In this document: in pieces, positions 54,141-64,000 of the stretch
Layout of the letters: each line of letters starts with the position of its first letter
Numbering within the stretch: position 1 is the stretch's first letter
Source of the DNA: an uncultured Trueperaceae bacterium
GTDB lineage: Bacteria; Deinococcota; Deinococci; Deinococcales; Trueperaceae
Reading direction: 5' to 3'
NCBI GenBank assembly: GCA_963799485.1
Contig: CAWCXJ010000006.1
Coordinates: 288,001 to 352,000 of the forward strand
DNA: 64,000 nt
The notes under the pieces: model-generated
What the model was told of the DNA's origin: nothing
Seen by the model: only the letters and a program-made list of their open reading frames with translations
The model's database searches: none
Translations under genes and position numbers: made by a program

Positions 54141-55013
54141 GTGAAGCTTTTTGAGCAACCCCTGCGTCTAGGGGTTACGGCAATCTTTTTGGGCTATCTG
54201 GCGCTCGGCACAGTACAATCTGCACAACCTGTACGACCTGCCCAACCCATCCAAAAGGACACAGCCCGGCCCGCGGCGGCAGAACCCGACGTCTTGCCCC
54301 CGAACGTTACGGGTTCGGCGCGGACTGCCCCGGTGCCCGAACGGGCGCTGCCCGACCTGAAGCCGCTCGAGCCTTACGACATCTACACCGTCGGCAGCCG
54401 CGCCACGGGCGACTTGCGGCTCAAGTTCGCCACGACTATCTATAACGCCGGGCGCGGTCCGCTAGAGACGCGCGGCGCGCGCACTCCGGGGGGACAGCTC
54501 GCGGTCTATCAGTACGTCTACGAAGGTGAAGCTGCCAAACGGGGCCGCCCGGTCGGAACGTTCGACTACAACCAACGCCACGGGCATCTTCACTTGGAGG
54601 CGTTCGCCCGCTACGAACTGTGGACGGTGGGTGCTGACGGCGGGCTCTCGGAGCGCGTCGCCGATAACCAAAAGGTCGGCTTTTGCCTGATGGACCTTAA
54701 GGACATGACGAGCGACACGACGCACCTCGAGAGTGGCCCGCTCGAGCAAGCAGGCGGCCCTGTCTACGCGGGGTGCCGCGAAGACATCCAGGGGATTTCA
54801 CCGGGTTGGGGCGACGAATACGTCGCGCTTTTATACGAGCAAGACCTCGACCTGACCGAAGTGCCGGAGGGCCGCTACGCGCTCGTGGTTACCACAAACC
54901 CGAACCAAAAAATCGAAGAAGCAAGTTACGAGAACAACACTGCGACGGTTTACTTGACGCTTGCAGATGAACAGGTCGTCGGGTCTCCTGAAGGGGCGGC
55001 AAACGGCAACTAG
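54141..55013 (+). CDS. Secreted lysyl oxidase-family protein
   Basis: Signal peptide, LPDL, LKF..TIYNAGRGP, HGHLH, QKVGFCLMD, QGISPGWGDEY, NP...E..YENN. Confidence 0.85.
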   Translation: MKLFEQPLRLGVTAIFLGYLALGTVQSAQPVRPAQPIQKDTARPAAAEPDVLPPNVTGSARTAPVPERALPDLKPLEPYDIYTVGSRATGDLRLKFATTIYNAGRGPLETRGARTPGGQLAVYQYVYEGEAAKRGRPVGTFDYNQRHGHLHLEAFARYELWTVGADGGLSERVADNQKVGFCLMDLKDMTSDTTHLESGPLEQAGGPVYAGCREDIQGISPGWGDEYVALLYEQDLDLTEVPEGRYALVVTTNPNQKIEEASYENNTATVYLTLADEQVVGSPEGAANGN

Positions 55014-55061
55014 GCCGGACTGGCAAGGTACGTACAGGCAAGGTACTGCGACGTAAAACGC

Positions 55062-56069
55062 TCAAGGTAACGTCAGCTCGCCGCGCAAGTTTTCTTGCAT
55101 CTTGAGCCGTACAGTCTCCGGGTCGAACCCCTGCCCGAGCAAGTAAGTGAGTTTGGTCAGCGCCGCCTCGGGGGTCAGGTCAAAGCCACTTGTCACGCCC
55201 GCCGCCGCCAGGCTCTGCCCGGTCGCGTAGCTTTTCATCACCACGCCGCCCTGCCAGCACTGCGTGCAGTTGATGATAACGACGCCCCGCGTCGTGGCCC
55301 CCTCGAGCACCGCCAGAAAGTCCGGGTCTCGGGGAGCGTTGCCGCTGCCGTAGGTTTCCAAAACCAGACCCTGCAAAGGTTCACGGAGTACGTTGCGTAA
55401 GATATTAGCGCTGACGCCGGGAAACACCCTGAACGCGCCGACGCTGACGGGCGCGAGCGTTTTGACGACGAGCGGCGCGGTCGCCGGGGGTAAAAGTAGA
55501 CTGTGCTCGAGCTCGATCTCGACGCCGACGCGTCCGAGCGGGGGCGCATTGGGTGAACTGAACGCACCGAAGCCCGACGCGGAGACCTTGCGGGCGCGGC
55601 TCCCTCGGAGGAGGACGCCGCTAAAGTACAGACCCACTTCGGCGAGTGGCGCGTTTGCCGCGAGCAAGAGCGCAGTAATGAGGTTTTCGCGCCCGTCGCT
55701 ACGGAGTTCTGAGAGCGGAATCTGCGAGCCGGTCAGAACGACGGGTTTGGCGAGATTTTGGAGCATAAACGAGAGCGCCGAAGCGCTGTAGGCCATCGTA
55801 TCGGTACCGTGCAGCACCACAAAACCGTCGAACGCGTTGTAGTTTTGGGCAATATCGCCTGCGATACGCGCCCAGTTGTCCGGCGACATCTCGGCAGAGT
55901 CCAAAAGCGGGGCGTATTCGTGAAGCGTTACGCGGGGCAGTTCAGCGGCGTCAAAAGGCGCAGCCCGGAGCTGCTCCGCTAAAAAACCGGGAGCCGGGCG
56001 GTAGCCTCCGGCGGTGCGTTTCATCCCGATGGTGCCGCCTGTATAGGCGATATAAACAGAGCGGCTCAC
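55062..56069 (-). CDS. ansA: L-asparaginase type I
   Basis: YTGGTIGM, LHGTDTMAY, TGSQIP, EAALTKL, LRGELT. Confidence 0.96.
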   Translation of the reverse strand: MSRSVYIAYTGGTIGMKRTAGGYRPAPGFLAEQLRAAPFDAAELPRVTLHEYAPLLDSAEMSPDNWARIAGDIAQNYNAFDGFVVLHGTDTMAYSASALSFMLQNLAKPVVLTGSQIPLSELRSDGRENLITALLLAANAPLAEVGLYFSGVLLRGSRARKVSASGFGAFSSPNAPPLGRVGVEIELEHSLLLPPATAPLVVKTLAPVSVGAFRVFPGVSANILRNVLREPLQGLVLETYGSGNAPRDPDFLAVLEGATTRGVVIINCTQCWQGGVVMKSYATGQSLAAAGVTSGFDLTPEAALTKLTYLLGQGFDPETVRLKMQENLRGELTLP

Positions 56070-56093
56070 GCGGGCCAGTGTACCCTGTTCGGA

Positions 56094-57110
56094 TTAACCG
56101 TTGCGGTAGAGATAGCTGTAGGCGTTGATGGCAGGCACGCCGCCCAGATGCGCGTAAAGCACTTTGGAACCCTCCGGAAAAAACCCTTTGCGGGTCAGGT
56201 CGATCATGCCCTGCACCGATTTTCCCTCGTACACCGGGTCGGTCATCATGCCCTCGGTGCGCGCACACAAGCGGATCGCGGCGTTGGTTTCTTCCGAAGG
56301 AACGCCGTAAGTCGGGTACGCGTACTCGGTTTTGAGAACCACGTCTTCTGCGGTCAGGAGCTGACCCAACTCGACTTTTACGGCAGTGTCGTTGGCGATA
56401 CGCAAAACCTGAGCGTGGGTCTGTTCCGGCGTCGCCGAGGCGTCGATGCCGATGACGTTCCGGGCGCGCCCGTCGGCGGCAAAACCGACGAGCATCCCTG
56501 CGTGGGTCGAACCCGTGACGGTGCAGACCACGATGTAATCGAAGGTAACGCCCATGTCTGCTTCTTGCTGCCGCACCTCGTCGGCAAAACCGACAAAACC
56601 GAGACCACCCAGGGGATGGTCAGACGCGCCCGCCGGAATCGGATAAGGTTTGCCGCCTCTGGCTCGAATATCCTCTAACGCCCGTTCCCAGCTCTCCCGA
56701 ATCCCGATGTCGAAGCCTTCATCGACCAGTTCGATTTCCGCACCCAGCACCCGCGACATCAGGATATTGCCCACCCGGTCGTACACCGCGTCGTTAAACG
56801 GCACCCAGCTCTCTTGTACCAAACGGCACTTGAGCCCGAGTTTAGCCGCGACTGCTGCGACCTGACGGGTGTGGTTGGACTGCACCCCGCCGATAGTCAC
56901 CAACGTGTCGCAGCCTTGCGCGAGTGCGTCGGGGATGAGGTACTCGAGCTTCCTCACCTTGTTCCCGCCGAAGGCAAGGCCGCTGTTACAATCCTCGCGC
57001 TTGGCGTAGAGCTCGACCTTACCGCCCAGATGCTCTGAAAGCCGGGACAGCTTTTCAATGGGCGTCGGGCCGAACAGCAGCGGGTAACGGTCAAACTTAG
57101 CCAGGTTCAT
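56094..57110 (-). CDS. acdS: 1-aminocyclopropane-1-carboxylate deaminase
   Basis: [36 protein letters not shown] (E295 equivalent), YAHLGG (L322 equivalent). Confidence 0.95.
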   Translation of the reverse strand: MNLAKFDRYPLLFGPTPIEKLSRLSEHLGGKVELYAKREDCNSGLAFGGNKVRKLEYLIPDALAQGCDTLVTIGGVQSNHTRQVAAVAAKLGLKCRLVQESWVPFNDAVYDRVGNILMSRVLGAEIELVDEGFDIGIRESWERALEDIRARGGKPYPIPAGASDHPLGGLGFVGFADEVRQQEADMGVTFDYIVVCTVTGSTHAGMLVGFAADGRARNVIGIDASATPEQTHAQVLRIANDTAVKVELGQLLTAEDVVLKTEYAYPTYGVPSEETNAAIRLCARTEGMMTDPVYEGKSVQGMIDLTRKGFFPEGSKVLYAHLGGVPAINAYSYLYRNG

Positions 57111-57137
57111 GGATCATCCTTCAGCCGAATATACCGG

Positions 57138-57827
57138 CTACGCTGCGTGCGCGCCGAGGTGTTGATTGAAAAACGTAAGCGTCCTCACCCACGCATCTTC
57201 CGAAGCTGCCGCGTCGTAGCTGCGCCCCTGCGCGTTAAAAAACGAGTGTTTCGCGCCCCCGTAAACCTTGATATCGTGCGGCACTTCGTGCTTTTCCAAA
57301 ACAGCCGCCAGTTTTTCGCCCTGACCTTTGGTAAAGTCTTTTTCCGGATACGAACCGACGACCGGACAGCTGCGTTTTACGGCCTCCAGCGGACGCGGGT
57401 TCATCCCGTAAAAGGGTGCAATCGCGCCCAAACGCTCATCCGTACACGCCCACGCGATCGCCAACCCTCCGCCCATACAAAAGCCGATGGCCCCCAAACG
57501 TTCAGCATCGACCTCCGCTTGTCCGGCCAAAAAGCTCAGCGCAGCTTTGAGGTCAGCAATACCCACGTGTTCGAGAGAGTGAAAAAGCATCCCGTTCATC
57601 AGGCGCGCCATACAGAGCGCGCGGTTACGCCCGCCGAAAAGGTCTACAGCGAGAGCCGCGTACCCGGCCTCGGCAAAACGTTGTGCAACATTTCTGGTAC
57701 TTTCGTTCAGGCCAAAAATCTCGTGGATGACGACGACGGCGGGAAACGGCCCAGACCCTTCCGGACGAGCGTAAAAAGCGGGCAGGGTACTTTTACCTGA
57801 CGGAAAAGACAGCTCACGTTTGACCAT
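57138..57827 (-). CDS. Dienelactone hydrolase family protein
   Basis: IHEIFGLN, GFCMGG, HSFFN. Confidence 0.92.
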   Translation of the reverse strand: MVKRELSFPSGKSTLPAFYARPEGSGPFPAVVVIHEIFGLNESTRNVAQRFAEAGYAALAVDLFGGRNRALCMARLMNGMLFHSLEHVGIADLKAALSFLAGQAEVDAERLGAIGFCMGGGLAIAWACTDERLGAIAPFYGMNPRPLEAVKRSCPVVGSYPEKDFTKGQGEKLAAVLEKHEVPHDIKVYGGAKHSFFNAQGRSYDAAASEDAWVRTLTFFNQHLGAHAA

Positions 57828-57924
57828 AACCGATTCTAGCGGTTGGGGCAGGCTGCGTAGGTCGGTCCGTAAAAGAGACGCTGCACGCGACTTGTTGTTT
57901 CTTGTCCTGGCTTAAGCTTAAAAG

Positions 57925-58485
57925 ATGAAAATCTATACCCGCACCGGCGACAAAGGCATCACCGCGCTCTACGGCGGTCAGCGCGTCCCGAAAGATGCCA
58001 GCCGCGTCGAGGCTTACGGCACCGTCGATGAAGCGAACGCACTTTTGGGCGTCGCCCGTACCCAGCTCGGCGACTTATCAAGCTTTGACGTACTGCTTAC
58101 CGAGTTGCAGAGCGCCCTTTTCGATGTGGGGGCCGACCTGGCGACGCCCGAACCCCGTTACCGCACTAACATCGTCCCGCTTAGTGAAAAAGACGTGGCG
58201 GGACTCGAGGCCCACATCGACCGTCTCGCGGCCGATTTGCCCGAGCTGCGCGCCTTTATCCTCCCCGGCGGACACCCGGCGTCGGCAAGTTTGCATCACG
58301 CCCGCACGGTGGTGCGCCGCGCCGAACGCCGCACCGCCACACTGTCGCACACCGAGCCCATCAACCCGCAGGTTACGGTTTACCTCAACCGACTTTCCGA
58401 CCTGCTCTTCGTTTTGGCGAGGGCCGTAAACGTGGCGGCTGGCATTCAAGACCCCGAGTGGCAGGCGCGGAAGCCCATAAAATAA
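57925..58485 (+). CDS. PduO-type cob(I)alamin adenosyltransferase
   Basis: KIYTRTGDKG, YGTVDE, RRAER, YLNRLSD. Confidence 0.95.
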   Translation: MKIYTRTGDKGITALYGGQRVPKDASRVEAYGTVDEANALLGVARTQLGDLSSFDVLLTELQSALFDVGADLATPEPRYRTNIVPLSEKDVAGLEAHIDRLAADLPELRAFILPGGHPASASLHHARTVVRRAERRTATLSHTEPINPQVTVYLNRLSDLLFVLARAVNVAAGIQDPEWQARKPIK

Positions 58486-58498
58486 TGGATGCGGGCTA

Positions 58499-59272
58499 GT
58501 GCGCGTCGTCTCGCTTGCGTGTTCGAATACCGAAATCGTCTGCGCGCTGGGCTGCGCCGACCTGCTCGTCGCAGTAGACGACCATTCGGATTTTCCGGGG
58601 GAGGTCGTCTCTGAACTGCCACGTGTCGGGCCGGATTTGAGTATTGACGTTGACGCGGTACTGGCTTTAGCACCCGACCTGGTGCTGGCATCTTTGACTG
58701 TTCCCGGACATGAGCGGGTCGTGGCGAGTTTGGCAGAAACGGGGCTCGAGCTCATGGTGCTCGAGCCCGTATCTCTAAAAGATGTTTACGCCAGTATCCG
58801 CGAAATCGCGCACGCGCTAGGTGTCGCCGAACGCGGTGAAACGCTCGTTTGCGACATGCAAGGTGAACTTATCGACCGGGGTTTTGCGGCGAAAAAGCCT
58901 CGAGTCCTCGTGCAGTGGTGGAACCGCCCGACGATTGCCCCCGGTGCGCTCAGCTGGGTGACGGATTTGCTGGATTTGGTGGGCGCAGAAAACCCCATCG
59001 GCAAACGGGTCAAAAGCCGCCCCATCAGCGACGATGAACTCGCCTTTCTCAACCCGGACGCGATTGTCGTGTCGTGGTGCGGGGTGAAGCCGGAAAAGTA
59101 CCGGCCTGAGGTGGTGGCGCGAAATCCAGCTTGGCAGCAAGTCGAGGCGGTTAAGCAAGGTCATATTTTCGCCGTGCCGGAGGCGTACTTGGGGCGTCCG
59201 GGGCCGCGTTTGATCCACGGTTACCGGGCACTCGCTGGAATTGTGCAAAAGGTCAGAAGGGGGAACGTATGA
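58499..59272 (+). CDS. Cobalamin-binding protein (BtuF-like)
   Basis: RVVSLACSNTEI, PDLVL, GRPGPRL. Confidence 0.85.
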   Translation: MRVVSLACSNTEIVCALGCADLLVAVDDHSDFPGEVVSELPRVGPDLSIDVDAVLALAPDLVLASLTVPGHERVVASLAETGLELMVLEPVSLKDVYASIREIAHALGVAERGETLVCDMQGELIDRGFAAKKPRVLVQWWNRPTIAPGALSWVTDLLDLVGAENPIGKRVKSRPISDDELAFLNPDAIVVSWCGVKPEKYRPEVVARNPAWQQVEAVKQGHIFAVPEAYLGRPGPRLIHGYRALAGIVQKVRRGNV

Positions 59273-59290
59273 AGATTGCCAGTTTGTCAC

Positions 59291-60055
59291 CTACCTCGAG
59301 CTGGTCAATTGACCTAGAACAGCACGAACTGCTGAAATAGGAATACGCCCATAACTCGCTACTTCGAGAGACAGATTTAATCTCATTTTCCACAAGAGTT
59401 GCTTATCTAGCCGGTCATGCCACCGCTTTAGTGCCAGGTCGAGTGCGGGCGTATCGAGGCTTGCACACTCTGCTTCCAGTGACCCCCAGCCCGAGTTGCC
59501 CCAGTCGATGATGCCGACAAAGCTTTCATCGTCAACCATAATATTGTCTGCGTAAGCGTCACCGTGAATATAGCAAGGTGTCTGCACAAGCTGAGATTCA
59601 GAAAGGAGCGTGTATAATTGTGCCCTCTCAGCTTTAGACCACTTCGCCGCATTCTGTGTTTTACCGATAAGACTCGTAGCTCCCGTCCAAGCTTTTATGG
59701 GTTCTTCCAGAGGCTCTAAAGGGGTTTGCTGTAACAGCTCGAGTGTACCGAACAGCTCGTCCCAAAGCTCAAGTGAGCAGGTTCCAGGGTTTTGGAGCGG
59801 CTGACCGGGTAAGCGTTCCCAAATGCTGTATGTTTTGTCCCAAGCAACAGGTTTTGCTGTTTTTATACCCAAATCAAAGGCTTTGAGACCCAACTTGGCT
59901 TCGTGTTCATGATCAATATATTCGGCAATTTCAGGACGAACAACCCGTAAAACGAAGTCATCTGTTAAATACACCAGATTGACACTTTGTTTTTTCAAGG
60001 TTACGAGATGAGCAGCAGGAAGGTTGTTTCGGTCAAAATAATCGACTGGCTTCAT
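59291..60055 (-). CDS. Aminoglycoside phosphotransferase-like kinase, AT-richer than its flanks
   Basis: IHGDAYADNI and IIDWG kinase motifs. Confidence 0.85.
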   Translation of the reverse strand: MKPVDYFDRNNLPAAHLVTLKKQSVNLVYLTDDFVLRVVRPEIAEYIDHEHEAKLGLKAFDLGIKTAKPVAWDKTYSIWERLPGQPLQNPGTCSLELWDELFGTLELLQQTPLEPLEEPIKAWTGATSLIGKTQNAAKWSKAERAQLYTLLSESQLVQTPCYIHGDAYADNIMVDDESFVGIIDWGNSGWGSLEAECASLDTPALDLALKRWHDRLDKQLLWKMRLNLSLEVASYGRIPISAVRAVLGQLTSSR

Positions 60056-60079
60056 CCATAAACCATACTAGGTTTGATA

Positions 60080-62390
60080 ACTTGATTATAGCTCAACTCC
60101 GTCGCCACGGCTCCCACACCTCCTGCGCCAACCGCCGCCCGGCCTCGGTTAAAAAGAGCTTCTCCTGCTTCGGCCCCCGCATAACAACCCGCGCTCGCTT
60201 CAGCAGCGCGCCCGGCACTGCGACGCCGCCGAGTGTCACGGTATTGAGCCACGAAAATCCGATTTCACCAATCCGATTTTACCTAGCAGCACGGCGTCGG
60301 TACCGATATGCACGCCCCTGGCGAAGACGCTAATGAGCACGCCCGCGATGGCAAACAGAAACGGGTAGACGAGGCCGGTGGCGGCGTCCGCCTTGACCCG
60401 CTGGCTGTACATTAAAAGTTCGGTCAAAAAGACGGTTAGAAGACCTACGGCAGCGGCCCCGGCGACAAAAAAGGCGAGTACTGGTTGCCGGTGCCAAGGT
60501 AAACCAGCACGGTGCCGAGCAGCACCGAATGACTGATGGCGTCTGAAAGAAGCGAGCTGCCGCGTAAAACCAGAAACGTGCCGACCAAAGACGAGGCGAC
60601 CCCAACGCGCGCCGACAAGCGCGACCACGACGTCGGGATTGGTAAAAAGCGCCTCAAACATCTCGAGCACCCAAATTTTGCAGGGTTTCTGCGGCACGTT
60701 TCCGGCCCGCCTTGGCCAGCCGGTAATGCCCGCCTTCTTCCTGCATGTGTTTGACACGTTCGGCAAGACCGGTGGCCTCGAGCCTGCCCAACGGCGCCGC
60801 CGCGCCGCCGTAAAGCGCGTCCAACATCCCGCTTTCGCTCTTGTAACCGGGGTCGCCGTGCGTTTGCGCGAGGCCGTACATGTCTAACGCGCTGCTGTGC
60901 CAGCGTCCGGCGCGCTGTCCGCCACCCCCGCGAGCGCTCCGAAAAGTGCTGCTAGCCCAACCATCTGCTCGAGCGAATCGTCTCACTGCCACGCCGCCGC
61001 TGCGGGCGCGGTGGCCATCGCCGCCATCAACACCACCCCGACAAGTTGCCAACCGGTGACGATGGCAAACGCCAGGGTGCTGCTTAGGAGCAGCTCGAGC
61101 CGCACCCGCGAAAATCCCAGCGACGCGCCGAACTGCGGGTCGAAGTAGAGCAGCTTGAACTCTTTCCAGAAGAGCGCTATGACCAACAGCGCCGTCTCTG
61201 CCACAATCGCCACGACGTCGTGCGCGGTCGTCGGAAAATCCCAATCGACGCTGCGCTGCGGCACGTAACCGACCCTTTTACGCTGCCGCACGTAAGGCTC
61301 GCCGTGCAGATAGATGTGTCCGGCAGAGGGTTTGACCAGACCTGAAACCGCCTTGATAAGCGCCGGTTTACCCGCGCCGTTGGGGCCGATGACGCCCGCT
61401 AGAACCCCCGGCGGCACATTGATGTCAATGCCCCACAAAACGGGTTTGTCGTGGTAGGCGACGGTCAAGTCTCCGATGTGAAGCGCCAGGTTGGGTTCGT
61501 GTGGGATTTGGGACATAAGACTGGACATAAGGCTCCTTGGCTCGAGTAGGCCGGTTCGGTCGTTGCGCTGCCCAAAAAAGAAGGCGGAAGGGAAAATAGC
61601 GTTCAAAACCGCTTGATCCTTGTCAACTGCAGCTAAAGCGCTGCGTTCCACGGCTCGACCCAGCCCTGCAAGCCTTCAGGTTGCGGCGGTACGCGTCCGC
61701 CGAGCATGCTTGTCATGGTGCGGGTGCTGTGAACGATCATCCCGATATAGGTGCCGTCCGCCGTGCCCGCTTCGCCAACCGCGTCGCTAAAAAAGCTGCC
61801 CACCGACTCTCGTTTCGACGCTGCTCGCGGCGGCAGCTTGCCGCATCGCCTGAATAGTACGCGCGTTGACGCTGCTCTCGACAAAAATCGCCGGGACACT
61901 TCGGCTGAGGCGGTGCTGACGCCCTGAATCCCGGCGACAGAGAGGTCACTACGCTCGCCCGTAATAATTGGCGTCGTGCGCGGTGACCAAAGTGCGCTGC
62001 TCATCGGGAATCGTGGCAATGCTCTCACGCACCCGGCGGCCCAGTGCAGCGAGTGTGCGGCGGTAAGCCGCTGCGTTCGTCTGCATCTGCGTTTTGCAAT
62101 CCGGGACGAGCGCGCCCAGACGTTCGGCGATAACGTCCGCAATCCGGCCCCATAAAGCGGCGTCCATCCAGACGTGCGGGTCGACGCCGTCAACGTTGTT
62201 GGTGCGAATCGTTTCGGCTTTCGGAATGGGGCGGCTTCAGCGACCGCCGATACGCTCTAAAAGCTTGCCGCACTCCCCCTCGAGCCCAAACCCTGAGTAA
62301 AAAATCAAGTCGGCGCTGCCTAAGGTGCGGCTGTCACGGGCGCTTGCCCGGTAGGTATGCGGGTCGGTGCCCGGCTCCATCAGCACGGCA
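60080..62390 (-). pseudogene. Decayed Mn-type ABC operon (mntABCD/troABCD-like)
   Basis: Fragments EPGTDPHTY, DPHVWMD, TAHDA, GPNGAGKP..GYVPQ, WKEFKLLYFD, DAISHSVLLG, with frameshifts and large deletions. Confidence 0.9.
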
Positions 62391-62400
62391 AAGCCAAGCA

Positions 62401-62424
62401 AATTTTTAGATAAACCTAAACTTG
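62401..62424. promoter_or_regulatory. DtxR/MntR-type operator
   Basis: TTTAG-ataaac-CTAAA palindrome between the regulator and the Mn ABC remnant. Confidence 0.7.
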
Positions 62425-62463
62425 TACTTTAATCTATGTTTCCTGCGCGCGGGTGTCGAGCAC

Positions 62464-63150
62464 TCAGGTACCTTTGGGTTCTGGTTCAGCGTAGAGCGCC
62501 CCGGCAAGTTCTTCGGCGAGTGCGACCGTGTGCCCGTTACATACAACCGTCACGGGGCCGCCAAAGGGTGCGTGTGAGGTCACCTCGACTACCTGACCGG
62601 GACGCAAACCCTGTTCCTCCAAGTACACCAGCACCTCGCGGCGCTGATCGGTGATGCGGGTCAGCTTGGCCTTTTGTCCGGCTGTCAGATCGCTCAAACG
62701 CTGTGCGCGGCTTTCAGGGAGCGAGCCGTCGAGCTGCGGAATCGGGTCGCCGTGCGGGTCGAAACTCGGATGTCCCAGGGCTTCGGCGATGCGCGCCTCG
62801 AACGCTTCGCTGATGACGTGCTCGAGCCGTTCGGCTTCGTCGTGAACGTCGTGCCACGCATAGCCCAGCGCTTCAGCCAAGTAGGTTTCGATTAAACGGT
62901 GATGGCGCAGGGTTTCTAACGCAATCTTGTGCCCTGCCGGGGTCAGCGATACGCCCCGGTATTTTTCGTACTGAATCAGGTTGAGCTCGCTCAATTTTTT
63001 GAGCATCCCCGAAACGCTCGCGGCGCTCACCTGAAGCGCGGCAGCGAGGTCTTGCGTTTTTACGCCCTCGTTACCAAGCTCACGGGAAAGGTCGTAAATA
63101 GCCTTGAGATAATCCTCGATCGCCGCCGACACGCCGCGCTGTTTCGTCAT
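62464..63150 (-). CDS. mntR: DtxR/MntR family metal-dependent repressor
   Basis: EDYLKAIY, RHHRLIE, EAERLEH, DPHGDPIP, FeoA-like tail. Confidence 0.93.
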   Translation of the reverse strand: MTKQRGVSAAIEDYLKAIYDLSRELGNEGVKTQDLAAALQVSAASVSGMLKKLSELNLIQYEKYRGVSLTPAGHKIALETLRHHRLIETYLAEALGYAWHDVHDEAERLEHVISEAFEARIAEALGHPSFDPHGDPIPQLDGSLPESRAQRLSDLTAGQKAKLTRITDQRREVLVYLEEQGLRPGQVVEVTSHAPFGGPVTVVCNGHTVALAEELAGALYAEPEPKGT

Positions 63151-63196
63151 CTCTAAACTTTAACTTGGTGCGGTTGCGGCTGTGGTGAAGAAGCCG

Positions 63197-63226
63197 GAGA
63201 AATCAAGAAGTGAGAAATCAAGAAGT
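63197..63226. repeat. 15-bp perfect tandem duplication
   Basis: gagaaatcaagaagt x2; nearby tcgtaaccgt x2 at 63243 and 63259. Confidence 0.8.
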
Positions 63227-63268
63227 GATGCAGGGTTTGTATTCGTAACCGTCTGGTGTCGTAACCGT

Positions 63269-64000
63269 TTAGTGTGATGAGGCCGACGTGCTGAGGTCGG
63301 CTAGGGTCAGGTTTTGCTGCTCGAGCTTTTTAAGCAGTCCCCGGTTAAGCCGCCGCAGCAAAAACGGCCCTTCATAGACCAAACTCGTATAGAGCTGAAC
63401 GAGTACAGCGCCAGCTTCCAAGCGCGCGTAAACATCGTCTGCATCGGTAATACCGCCTACTGAAACGAAAGGTAGTCCCATGTCCAAGCCTTTGAGAAAA
63501 CGCAACACTTCCAGCGAACGGGCTTTAAGCGGCTTGCCCGAAAGCCCTCCAGCCTCGTTAAAAGGTGTACGGAGCCCTTCACGTGAGACTGTCGTGTTCG
63601 TTGCCACCAAACCCGACAGACCATGTTGCACGGCTAATTCGGCGACGCCTGCGAGTTCGTGGTTGCTCAGGTCGGGGGCGACTTTGAGCAGTACGGGTTT
63701 AGCTGTTTGCGATACTCGGAAGCTCTGAATAGCCGCTAACAACTCGGTCAGCCGCGCCCGCTCCTGCAACGCCCGTAGACCCGGTGTATTGGGGGACGAC
63801 ACGTTGATGACGAAATAGTCGGCATAGGGCCAGAGCCGACGAAGCGACCCCAGATAATCCTCCGGTGCGTCCTCCAGGGGCGTAACTTTCGATTTACCGA
63901 CGTTGACCCCAAGCGGCACCTGCGTGCCCGTTTGCCTGAGCGCTTTTAATCTCGCGGCGACGACCTCGGCTCCCTCGTTGTTAAACCCCATCCGGTTGAC
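63269..64000 (-). CDS. pyrD: Quinone-dependent dihydroorotate dehydrogenase, partial (start lies beyond the window)
   Basis: NRMGFNN, INVSSPNTPGLR, KVAPDL, TNTT, GGLSG, VQLYT. Confidence 0.97.
   Translation of the reverse strand, partial: VNRMGFNNEGAEVVAARLKALRQTGTQVPLGVNVGKSKVTPLEDAPEDYLGSLRRLWPYADYFVINVSSPNTPGLRALQERARLTELLAAIQSFRVSQTAKPVLLKVAPDLSNHELAGVAELAVQHGLSGLVATNTTVSREGLRTPFNEAGGLSGKPLKARSLEVLRFLKGLDMGLPFVSVGGITDADDVYARLEAGAVLVQLYTSLVYEGPFLLRRLNRGLLKKLEQQNLTLADLSTSASSH

Overview
GC-rich bacterial chromosomal window, most likely Deinococcota (Truepera-like). This is inferred from the futalosine menaquinone genes, the many leaderless TANNNT promoters, the frameshifted prfB and overall protein character. 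Most genes are housekeeping: ligA end, purM, priA, der-fmt-def with cdaA-cdaR, prfB, uvrC, mqnE/mqnA/ubiD-like, znuABC-like and pyrD end. Accessory blocks include a glf/UDP-sugar pyrophosphorylase/GT2 glycan cluster, a complete nitrate/nitrite assimilation plus siroheme operon, a secreted lysyl-oxidase-like protein, asparaginase and a signature-complete ACC deaminase. Several operons have collapsed into pseudogenes (yej-type peptide ABC, cysK, Mn-type ABC). No rRNA, tRNA, CRISPR array, transposase or phage genes were seen. The main unexplained signals are a candidate ~280-nt structured RNA upstream of an NYN nuclease gene whose 3' flank is a 6x14-bp repeat, strong over-representation of two oligomers (TTTACGG/CCGTAAA and CTCGAG), and a possible nitrogen-scavenging island. 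All calls come from reading the sequence by eye; no searches were run.
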